From Candidatus Komeilibacteria bacterium (GTDB lineage Bacteria; Patescibacteriota; Patescibacteriia; UBA1558): a stretch of 64,000 bases of DNA. The stretch lies in assembly GCA_048538235.1 (NCBI GenBank), contig JBLYPX010000001.1, forward strand, positions 264,013 through 328,012, read 5' to 3'. Shown here in pieces: positions 57,518-64,000 of this stretch. The notes beneath the pieces were generated by a model that was not told where the DNA came from, ran no database searches, and saw nothing but the letters and a program-made list of their open reading frames with translations. The first letter of the stretch is position 1. The number at the start of each line of letters is the position of its first letter. Both the position numbers and the translations under genes were made by a program.

Positions 57518-60061
57518 ATGGTTAGAAAAGCAAAAAAAGAAGATAAAAAAAATAAACTAGATCTAAATTTAGAGCATTTTAGTATTGGTGATGAAGAGAT
57601 AGCCGCTGAGCTATCTGCCAGTGCCAAGAAAAAGGTACTTGCTAGTTATGAACTTGATCGTCTGATTGAACAATCTGATGATGCTTTTTTTGTTAACCAT
57701 CGTAAGAAACTAATCTTTACTCATTCTCCGCATTTATTAAATTTACAGGATAAGAAATTAAAAAAGAAGGAACAGGAAGAAGTAGTACCGCTAGAGGTTA
57801 AAAGTAAAAAACCTATACTTGATTCAATGAAGCCTGTTAATCTTCTTGTTAAAATGCAAAGATTGGCAGCTTGGCAAAGACCAAAGTTTTCATTTGAATT
57901 TCCAAATATATATAGATTATCTGTTATACAGATTATATATAGTGTATATAGATTATTCATACTACTACTTGTAGCTATTAAATATTCGTTTAAGCAAAGT
58001 GGTAAAGCTGTTGTTAAATCTGCTCAGGGAATAGGTAGGGGAGTTAAACATAGTAGGAATGCTTTTACAGATTCAATGATACTTAAATATAGTCGTAGCT
58101 TACTTGTGTTTATAATAGTAGCCGTAATGTTAATGCTACCTTACTTTGGTTTTGGTTTATACAGTAATGCGAAAACTGTTCAAGGTAGGGTAATGGGAGT
58201 TAGTCAGGAAGCAGCTCGTACTTGGCAAATGGGACTAGACAATATGATGCAGGGTAATTGGACAGAAGCTGAAACTAATTTTAATGAAGCTTCAATAAAC
58301 TTTGCTAATGCTCAAAGCATGCTTAGATCATATACTGAAGCATTAGATAAAGTTCCAGATTGGTTATCACTAGATAGTACTGAGGTTGGAACTGGTTTAA
58401 ACCTTGTTGAAATTGGAGCAGTTATGTCAGAGGTAAGTTTGAAATTGAATACAATAGCAGCTTTAAGTAATAAAGAAGGAATGTCACTATCTGATAAACT
58501 AATAGTGTTATCTGTTAATTTAAATGAGATATATGATTTATACTCAACAGTGGCAGTTAAAGTTAACAAGATTAACTTAAAGGTTATACCCGAAGAATAT
58601 AGATCAATTTTTGCTATTTGGCAGTCTCAAAGTAATGAACTATATAGTTATTTAGGTGAGGTTACAGATAATATTAATTGGATCCTATCCTTAACCGGAA
58701 CTTTAGAACCAAAAAGGTATTTACTTGTATTTCAAAATAGTAATGAGTTAAGAGCAACGGGTGGTTTTATGGGTAGTTTTGCACTTCTAGATATGGCAAA
58801 AGGTGAGATTCAAGATTTAAGTATACCTGGCGGCGGATTATATGATTTAGAATCTCAAGTAAGAGAAATGGTAGTAGCACCATACCCACATCAATTACTG
58901 GGTGCACGTTGGCAGATATGGGATGCAAACTGGTGGTCAGATTGGCCAACTACAGCGCGTAAGATAGCTTGGTTTTATGAGAGCGCCAATGGTCCAAGTG
59001 TTGATGGTGTGATAGCTATTAATAGTCAATTAATAATTGATCTGGTTGGATATTTTGAACCAATTGTAATGCCTGAATATGATAAAGAATTAACAAGCTC
59101 TAATGTGGTAACAGCCCTGCAACATGCTGTTGAATTTGAATATGATAAAACAGAGAATAAGCCAAAACAAATCTTAGCTGACCTTGCCCCAATTTTAATA
59201 GACGATATTTATAGTTTGCCACCGATTGAATTATTTGGTGTAGCTTCAATGCTTTATGATCATTTGGATAGGAGCGATATCCAGATTTATCTTTTTGATG
59301 AAGAGATGCAGTCTACTGTAGAAAATAAATCATGGTCTGGTAAAGTACCAGATATAACAGGGGATTATCTTCAGGTTGTAGTACATAATATTGGCGGAGG
59401 TAAATCAGACGAAGCTATTAAACAAACAGTAGATTATGATTTAGTTGTTGGACCAGATAATTACTTGATCGGTAAAGCTACAATCAAACGTGAACATCAA
59501 GGTGATATTAATGATGTATTTACTGGTCATAGAAATGTATCATTTATCCGCGTACTTGTTCCAAAGGGAAGTGAGCTTATTGCTGTAGAAGGAGCAATTG
59601 AACCAGACGAGAAATTATTTAAAGAAGTTCCAGATTACTTAGAAGCAGATAAGGATTTAATACAACTTGATGGAATAAATTATTATAATAAATTTAATAA
59701 ATATTATTCTGCAACCCAATTTAATAAACAAGTATTTGGTCAGTGGTTAATGGTAGATCCTGGTGAAGCAAAGGAGATTACTTTTATTTATAGATTACCA
59801 TTTAAAATAGACAAGGATGAACAAAAATCTAAAATAGCATCATGGCTTCTACCAGAACAATATAAATTAAACTATACATTCTATTATGATAAACAATCTG
59901 GAATGGATAACCAGACATTTAAGTTTAATTTTGTTATACCTAAAGCACTAGATAGTAAGTGGTTTTCAGATAGTTTAAATTCTATGTATAAAATAGGGAA
60001 GACACTATCTACAGAAGCTATAATTAATGAAGATTACCAACTAGGGTTTATTTTAAGGTAG
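57518..60061 (+). CDS. large membrane-anchored envelope protein, DUF4012-like
   Basis: Hallmark block 'YLLVFQNSNELRATGGFMGSFALLD'. TM near residues 190-215. 847 aa. Confidence 0.6.
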   Translation: MVRKAKKEDKKNKLDLNLEHFSIGDEEIAAELSASAKKKVLASYELDRLIEQSDDAFFVNHRKKLIFTHSPHLLNLQDKKLKKKEQEEVVPLEVKSKKPILDSMKPVNLLVKMQRLAAWQRPKFSFEFPNIYRLSVIQIIYSVYRLFILLLVAIKYSFKQSGKAVVKSAQGIGRGVKHSRNAFTDSMILKYSRSLLVFIIVAVMLMLPYFGFGLYSNAKTVQGRVMGVSQEAARTWQMGLDNMMQGNWTEAETNFNEASINFANAQSMLRSYTEALDKVPDWLSLDSTEVGTGLNLVEIGAVMSEVSLKLNTIAALSNKEGMSLSDKLIVLSVNLNEIYDLYSTVAVKVNKINLKVIPEEYRSIFAIWQSQSNELYSYLGEVTDNINWILSLTGTLEPKRYLLVFQNSNELRATGGFMGSFALLDMAKGEIQDLSIPGGGLYDLESQVREMVVAPYPHQLLGARWQIWDANWWSDWPTTARKIAWFYESANGPSVDGVIAINSQLIIDLVGYFEPIVMPEYDKELTSSNVVTALQHAVEFEYDKTENKPKQILADLAPILIDDIYSLPPIELFGVASMLYDHLDRSDIQIYLFDEEMQSTVENKSWSGKVPDITGDYLQVVVHNIGGGKSDEAIKQTVDYDLVVGPDNYLIGKATIKREHQGDINDVFTGHRNVSFIRVLVPKGSELIAVEGAIEPDEKLFKEVPDYLEADKDLIQLDGINYYNKFNKYYSATQFNKQVFGQWLMVDPGEAKEITFIYRLPFKIDKDEQKSKIASWLLPEQYKLNYTFYYDKQSGMDNQTFKFNFVIPKALDSKWFSDSLNSMYKIGKTLSTEAIINEDYQLGFILR

Positions 60062-60131
60062 TGGATATTATAGAAAAACCATTAAAATAGCTAATCTTAG
60101 CTATTTTTTTATTAATAAGGGGATAAATGAC

Positions 60132-60160
60132 TTGACAAATATATAAATATGGTGTATAGT
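60132..60160 (+). promoter_or_regulatory. near-consensus sigma70 promoter
   Basis: TTGACA, 17-nt spacer, TATAGT. Confidence 0.6.
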
Positions 60161-60166
60161 ACTATA

Positions 60167-60285
60167 TTAAACGATATTTACATCTAAATAACATATCCTT
60201 GGAGAGAGGGATAATATACAAAACATAAACAGATTTATTTATGAAAAGCAACTGTCAGAACCTCTCTCCAGTTGCTTTTCTTTTG
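60167..60285 (+). ncRNA. candidate structured sRNA or attenuator with mutually exclusive helices
   Basis: Terminator AAAGCAACTG (60245-60254) / CAGTTGCTTT (60269-60278) plus a T-run. Alternative helix TGGAGAGAGG (60200-60209) / CCTCTCTCCA (60261-60270). A 25-codon mini-ORF (ATG 60241) spans the terminator. Confidence 0.4.
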
Positions 60286-60506
60286 CCAAAATTAGTTGTT
60301 TTAAGAGGGGAGAGTTAATCTAGGTACTATCTCGCATAATTATCTAGATCGTGGAGATATGTTTAAGTAAATTCTGGTCTGACTAGAAATTACCTATTAC
60401 TATCTTCTTTGTCTAAGAGGCTTCGGCCATAACTTAGACCTAACTCTCTTGCCTTAAGATAGTTAATAATAACTATTAGAACCTTAAACTGAATTGGAGA
60501 GAAATC

Positions 60507-60728
60507 ATGAATATGAACAAGGCAGCTTGGAGTTGCATAATGATCGTTATTGGTCTCGTGGTAATTGACGGAAGTTTTGGTCAGTACGTAACTGAACTGT
60601 TCGGTCAATCGATTGGCCAATTGATTCGTCTTGCTCTCGTTGGAATTATGGGAATATCTTGCTGGTTTCTGTTCAGAAACTATTCAAAATTTCTCAAAGA
60701 CCAACCAAAACCCTTCCCGAAGAATTAA
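60507..60728 (+). CDS. small two-TM peptide P1 (73 aa)
   Basis: SD GGAGAG plus 5 nt before the ATG. Two hydrophobic helices and a basic C-terminus. A 9-bp hairpin overlaps the stop. Confidence 0.55.
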   Translation: MNMNKAAWSCIMIVIGLVVIDGSFGQYVTELFGQSIGQLIRLALVGIMGISCWFLFRNYSKFLKDQPKPFPKN

Positions 60729-60737
60729 CTTCGGGAA
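60714..60737 (+). other. stem-loop without U-tract (TTCCCGAAG-aattaa-CTTCGGGAA)
   Basis: Perfect 9-bp hairpin overlapping the P1 stop, immediately followed by the 51-bp repeat. Confidence 0.7.
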
Positions 60738-60740
60738 CCT

Positions 60741-60791
60741 CCCAAGTCTAGTACTTAGGTAATAGATTTAGGAAGTAATTTGTACATTGAA
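60741..60791 (+). repeat. 51-bp direct repeat, copy 1 (leader of P2)
   Basis: Identical to 61080-61130: cccaagtctagtacttaggtaatagatttaggaagtaatttgtacattgaa. Confidence 0.9.
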
Positions 60792-60812
60792 CGTAAATAG
60801 AAAGGATTTGTT

Positions 60813-61037
60813 ATGAAAACAAATTTGCAAGTAGCACTTGTTGGCTGCATAGCAGTAATTATCGGCTGTGTTATTGCCACAGTTAATGGTATCAAGTATT
60901 TGGAGGATAGTTCCTGGAAAATGCCATCAGGTGATGCAGGTGTTGTCACGATAGCAATGTTGTTGGGATTGATCATGATCTTCTATGGAATATTTAAACA
61001 GCTTCGTGAGGAGAATAAAACTCACGACATTAACTAG
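60813..61037 (+). CDS. small two-TM peptide P2 (74 aa)
   Basis: SD AAAGGA 8 nt before the ATG; start about 21 nt after the repeat. Two TM helices and a charged C-terminus. Confidence 0.55.
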   Translation: MKTNLQVALVGCIAVIIGCVIATVNGIKYLEDSSWKMPSGDAGVVTIAMLLGLIMIFYGIFKQLREENKTHDIN

Positions 61038-61048
61038 TTCCTGTTCTT

Positions 61049-61075
61049 CCCAGAAACAGATAATCGTATTCTGGG
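61049..61075 (+). other. stem-loop without U-tract (CCCAGAA...TTCTGGG)
   Basis: 7-bp stem with 13-nt loop, directly followed by repeat copy 2. Confidence 0.6.
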
Positions 61076-61079
61076 ACTC

Positions 61080-61130
61080 CCCAAGTCTAGTACTTAGGTA
61101 ATAGATTTAGGAAGTAATTTGTACATTGAA
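61080..61130 (+). repeat. 51-bp direct repeat, copy 2 (leader of P3)
   Basis: Identical to 60741-60791. Confidence 0.9.
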
Positions 61131-61150
61131 TTTAAATATAAGAGGTAAGA

Positions 61151-61315
61151 GATGAAACGTTTAATGATTTTTTTGATGATTTTGGCAATTGGTGCTCTGT
61201 ATGTCGGTTATGACCATTTAATGGGTCAGTTAACGAAAGAAATGCTTTTCATTGATGTTTTAGCAAGCTTGATTGCTGCGACAGTAATATCTCTTACCGC
61301 AAAGGTAGAAAAGTA
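61151..61315 (+). CDS. small two-TM peptide P3 (54 aa; below the ORF-track cutoff)
   Basis: ATG 61151 preceded by AAGAGG. Translates to MKRLMIFLMILAIGALYVGYDHLMGQLTKEMLFIDVLASLIAATVISLTAKVEK. A 9-bp hairpin (61322-61349) follows. Confidence 0.45.
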
Positions 61316-61503
61316 ATCTATCCCTAGCTGGTTATCATAACAGCTAGGGGAACATCTTAAATATATTAAATGTTTAGTATATTTAAAATGTTTTTTGAAA
61401 ATAGATGTAGACTTTGTAAATTTGGAGATTGGAGTCGGATATAATTTAAAACATATAAATATTCATATCCATCGCTCTAGTCTCCAGTTTTACAAAGTTT
61501 AAC

Positions 61504-61602
61504 TTAATTCTAATTGTAGTAGGGTTATAATAATAATGAATTCGGTATAGTCCTCGTGGCGAAAATTGAGTTTGTGCATAGCCCTATTACAATTAGAATT
61601 AA
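61504..61602 (+). repeat. 21-bp inverted repeat flanking a 57-nt loop
   Basis: Arms TTAATTCTAATTGTAGTAGGG (61504-61524) and CCCTATTACAATTAGAATTAA (61582-61602). A perfect RNA duplex with one G-U pair. MITE-like or processing hairpin. Confidence 0.8.
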
Positions 61603-61607
61603 TATAT

Positions 61608-61688
61608 GGCAGTGCAGTCTGAAAGAATGCCAGGGGCAGCCTGAATAAGGTTAGACTGTAGACGGAGGTTCGATTCCTTCCATTGCCG
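61608..61688 (+). ncRNA. tRNA-like element (T-arm plus acceptor-like stem) of uncertain identity; not a canonical tRNA
   Basis: T-arm GGAGG-TTCGATT-CCTTC (61664-61680). GGCAGTG (61608-61614) can pair with CATTGCC (61681-61687). No anticodon arm could be folded. A weak terminator follows at 61700-61728. Confidence 0.35.
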
Positions 61689-61699
61689 CAACAGCAAAT

Positions 61700-61728
61700 A
61701 AAGGAGAGAATAATTTCTCTCCTTTATC
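61700..61728 (+). terminator. terminator-like hairpin after the tRNA-like element
   Basis: AAAGGAGAG-aataattt-CTCTCCTTT followed by TTTATC. Confidence 0.55.
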
Positions 61729-61732
61729 TACC

Positions 61733-61761
61733 TTGACAGTAATTTGAAATATTATAAAATT
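61733..61761 (+). promoter_or_regulatory. sigma70-like promoter of the murJ leader
   Basis: TTGACA then A/T-rich -10 region (TATTATAAAAT). Confidence 0.45.
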
Positions 61762-61787
61762 ACAGTGGTAATAAAGTATTTGTTGCC

Positions 61788-61905
61788 AAAAAGCTGTGCC
61801 CTTATTGAAGGCTGAATTATAGTTTTTTTACCCACATAACTGTGCGGTAACTCTCTCCTAAAAGAAGACTATAACTCATGCAATCCTCTCAGTGGGGCAC
61901 AGCTT
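61788..61905 (+). promoter_or_regulatory. structured 5' leader of murJ with a 14-bp long-range helix ending in a U-tract (attenuator or riboswitch candidate)
   Basis: AAAAAGCTGTGCCC (61788-61801) pairs with GGGCACAGCTTTTT (61885-61898), enclosing about 83 nt, then TTTTTGTTTTATTT. About 60 nt further on is the murJ ATG. Confidence 0.4.
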
Positions 61906-61964
61906 TTTGTTTTATTTAAGTATCTAGACAAATACCTTAAAATAGCGTATAATTCTATCGTTTT

Positions 61965-63557
61965 ATGTTTAATAAAATTTGGAACAAATTAATAACAACA
62001 GTTACCGGTGGGGCAGTTTTGATTGCCTTTTTTTCTATTCTTGCAAAATTGGTTGGTTTATTAAGAGATAGAATATTAGCAAGTACATTTGGTGCTGGTA
62101 GAACTTTGGATATATATTATGCTAGTTTTCGTTTGCCAGACTTTATTTTTAACACTTTGGTGCTTGGTGCATTAGCTGCCGCTTTTATTCCAGTCTTTAT
62201 TAGACTATGGGATATAGATAAGAATAAGGCTTATGAACTAGTCAATATTGTTATAACTAAACTAGTTATTATTTTAAGTTTATTAGCTGTCATTGCAATA
62301 ATTTTTGCACCATCAATTGTTGGTGTGCTTGCACCTGGTTTTGATCTTGCTAGTCAACAACAAACAGTTACCTTAACTAGAATAATGCTGATTAGTATTA
62401 TTTTCTTTGGTATTAGTAATGTGTTTTCTGGAACATTAAATGCTTGGAGAGATTTTGTACCATATGCGATTGCTCCAATATTCTATAATGTTGGAATTAT
62501 AGTTGGTGTTTTATTGCTATACCCAAGCTTTGGTTTAAAAGGATTAGCTAGTGGTGTTGTTTTGGGATCTATATTACATCTTTTAACTCAATATCCATCA
62601 GTACGTAAGCATGGTTGGAAGTACGGGTTTACAGTTAAAAATACAGTTGAGACAACTAGAATGTTTTGGTTGATGCTTCCTAGGACAATTGGTCTAGCTG
62701 CTAACCAAATAAACCAAGTGGTTATTACTTCTATTGCTTCAACTTTAACAATTGGTAGTATTGCTGTATTTAATTTAGCTTCTAATTTACAAAGTTTTCC
62801 AATTTCAATATTTGGTCTATCCTTTGCTATTGCAGCCTTTCCAGTTATGTCCAGAGCTTGTACAAGTGAAAACAAACAAGACTTTAGAGGTAGTTTTTCT
62901 ATAACCTTCAGAAGAATACTTTTTTTCATAATTCCAATTTCTGTTTTAATCTTAGTGCTGCGTGCTCAGATTGTTCGTGTGGTATTAGGAGCTGGTGTTT
63001 TTGATTGGGAAGATACATATTTTACAGCTCAGATACTAGGTGTCTTTTCTATCTCTTTATTTGCTCAAGGAACAATACCGTTACTAGCTAGAGCTTTCTA
63101 TGCCTTTGAAAACACTGTAATACCAGTTGCAATTGGTATTGTGAGTGTAATTATTAATATTGTTTTGTCTATATATTTATCTCCTTCAATGGGGATTATT
63201 GGTTTAGGTGTAGCTTTTACAGTAGCTAATATTGTAAATATGTTAGCTCTACTTATTGTGTTAAGAGAAAGAGTTGGAGATCTGGATGATAAAACAATAA
63301 TTAAATCTGTATTTAAGATAAGTATTAATTCTATCCTAGCTGGTCTTACAACCTATGGACTATTAAACTTAATAGCGCCAGCTGTAAATATGCAAAGCTT
63401 TTTAGGTATATTTATTCAAGCATTACTAGCAGGAATTGGTGGTATGATTGTTTACTTCCTACTTTCTGCTTTTACAAATATGTCAGAGATGAAAGTTATT
63501 ACAGATTTTGTTAGGTCATATATTAAACCTTTATTAAAGAGAAATGGATCAGTCTAA
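61965..63557 (+). CDS. murJ: lipid II flippase MurJ (MviN)
   Basis: 14-TM protein; N-terminal '[20 protein letters not shown]...[13 protein letters not shown]' MurJ signature. Confidence 0.9.
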   Translation: MFNKIWNKLITTVTGGAVLIAFFSILAKLVGLLRDRILASTFGAGRTLDIYYASFRLPDFIFNTLVLGALAAAFIPVFIRLWDIDKNKAYELVNIVITKLVIILSLLAVIAIIFAPSIVGVLAPGFDLASQQQTVTLTRIMLISIIFFGISNVFSGTLNAWRDFVPYAIAPIFYNVGIIVGVLLLYPSFGLKGLASGVVLGSILHLLTQYPSVRKHGWKYGFTVKNTVETTRMFWLMLPRTIGLAANQINQVVITSIASTLTIGSIAVFNLASNLQSFPISIFGLSFAIAAFPVMSRACTSENKQDFRGSFSITFRRILFFIIPISVLILVLRAQIVRVVLGAGVFDWEDTYFTAQILGVFSISLFAQGTIPLLARAFYAFENTVIPVAIGIVSVIINIVLSIYLSPSMGIIGLGVAFTVANIVNMLALLIVLRERVGDLDDKTIIKSVFKISINSILAGLTTYGLLNLIAPAVNMQSFLGIFIQALLAGIGGMIVYFLLSAFTNMSEMKVITDFVRSYIKPLLKRNGSV

Positions 63558-64000
63558 GATAAGAAATTTTGGTATTATTGCCCACATTGATCACGGTAAG
63601 TCTACATTGGCTGATCGTTTTTTAGAAATAACTGAAACTGTAGCAAAAAGAGATATGCAGGCTCAGCTACTGGATACTATGGATATTGAAAGAGAACGTG
63701 GTATTACTATTAAACTTCAACCCGCTACTATGATGTATAAGGGGTATCAGTTGAATTTAATAGACACTCCTGGTCATGTAGATTTTAATTATGAGGTGTC
63801 TAGATCATTAAAGGCTGTTGAAGGTGTTGTTTTAGTAGTAGATGCTACCCAAGGAATTCAAGCTCAAACCTTAGCTAATCTATACCTTGCATTAGAACAA
63901 GATTTGGTTGTAATTCCAGTTATTAATAAAATAGATTTACCAGCAGCAGATTTGGAAATGGTTAGTAATGAAATAATAAATCTTCTTGGTTGTAAAGCGG
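63544..64000 (+). CDS. lepA: elongation factor 4 (LepA), N-terminal part; continues beyond the window
   Basis: '[20 protein letters not shown]' G1 motif, 'DTPGHVDF' G3, 'NKIDL' G4. Truncated by the window end. Confidence 0.93.
   Translation, partial: MDQSKIRNFGIIAHIDHGKSTLADRFLEITETVAKRDMQAQLLDTMDIERERGITIKLQPATMMYKGYQLNLIDTPGHVDFNYEVSRSLKAVEGVVLVVDATQGIQAQTLANLYLALEQDLVVIPVINKIDLPAADLEMVSNEIINLLGCKA

Noticed and set aside
60390-60620. 76-aa minus-strand ORF opposite peptide P1
   Set aside because: It is antisense to an SD-led, hairpin-terminated gene and has no RBS of its own. It overlaps the structured GTCTAAG..GGCTTCGGCC..CTTAGAC element and is likely spurious.
60741-61130. The two identical 51-bp direct repeats considered as a CRISPR array
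   Set aside because: There are only two copies. The 'spacer' is 288 bp and contains an SD-led ORF and a hairpin. The repeat is longer than typical CRISPR repeats and there are no cas genes nearby. Regulatory leaders of duplicated small-peptide cassettes is the better reading.
61395-61728. Annotating the T-arm element as a standard tmRNA (ssrA) or a standard tRNA
   Set aside because: No anticodon stem-loop can be folded. No 5' GGGG-type acceptor strand pairs with the 3' end. The putative tag ORF sits only about 20 nt from the T-arm, whereas tmRNA needs pseudoknots 2-4 there. It is kept only as a low-confidence tRNA-like ncRNA.

Overview
The window is low-GC (about 30%) and densely packed with compact genes. 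It contains housekeeping genes: dus, cysS, corA, dnaX, a J-domain protein, pgk-eno and two tandem gpmI copies, rplJ-rplL, a partial dcw cluster (mraZ-rsmH-ftsL-ftsI-murF), rarA, murJ and a partial lepA. It also has a type IV pilin, a DUF4012-like envelope protein and many small hypothetical membrane proteins. This gene content fits a reduced-genome bacterium of Candidate Phyla Radiation/Patescibacteria type; that placement is inference from gene content. I could place two tRNAs confidently, Gln-CTG and probably Glu-CTC. There is a four-subunit group 3b-type [NiFe]-hydrogenase cluster, hydB-hydG then hydD-hydA, split by three inserted genes. It is followed by a HypA-like gene with no zinc finger and by hypC, and the same strand continues into the lower-glycolysis genes. 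A MacAB-like ABC efflux module has two FtsX-type permeases. The most unusual locus is noncoding and small-peptide rich at about 60.1-61.9 kb. It has a strong consensus promoter driving a structured RNA with mutually exclusive terminator and anti-terminator helices. Three tandem genes for small two-TM peptides follow, and two of them sit behind identical 51-bp leaders. Beyond that lies a 21-bp perfect inverted repeat and a tRNA-like T-arm/acceptor element that is not a canonical tRNA. A long-range helix with a U-tract lies upstream of murJ. Four GC-elevated islets break the native background: 27.5-28.3, 39.2-40.5, 47.9-49.6 and 53.4-53.9 kb. They carry small orphan genes, including Cys/His-rich zinc-ribbon proteins. 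Each has a perfect GGAGG-type Shine-Dalgarno site, whereas several native genes look leaderless, with ATG 6-10 nt after a TATAAT box. No integrase or transposase flanks the islets. No CRISPR array, rRNA or recognisable transposase was found. All %GC values are by-eye estimates, not computed.
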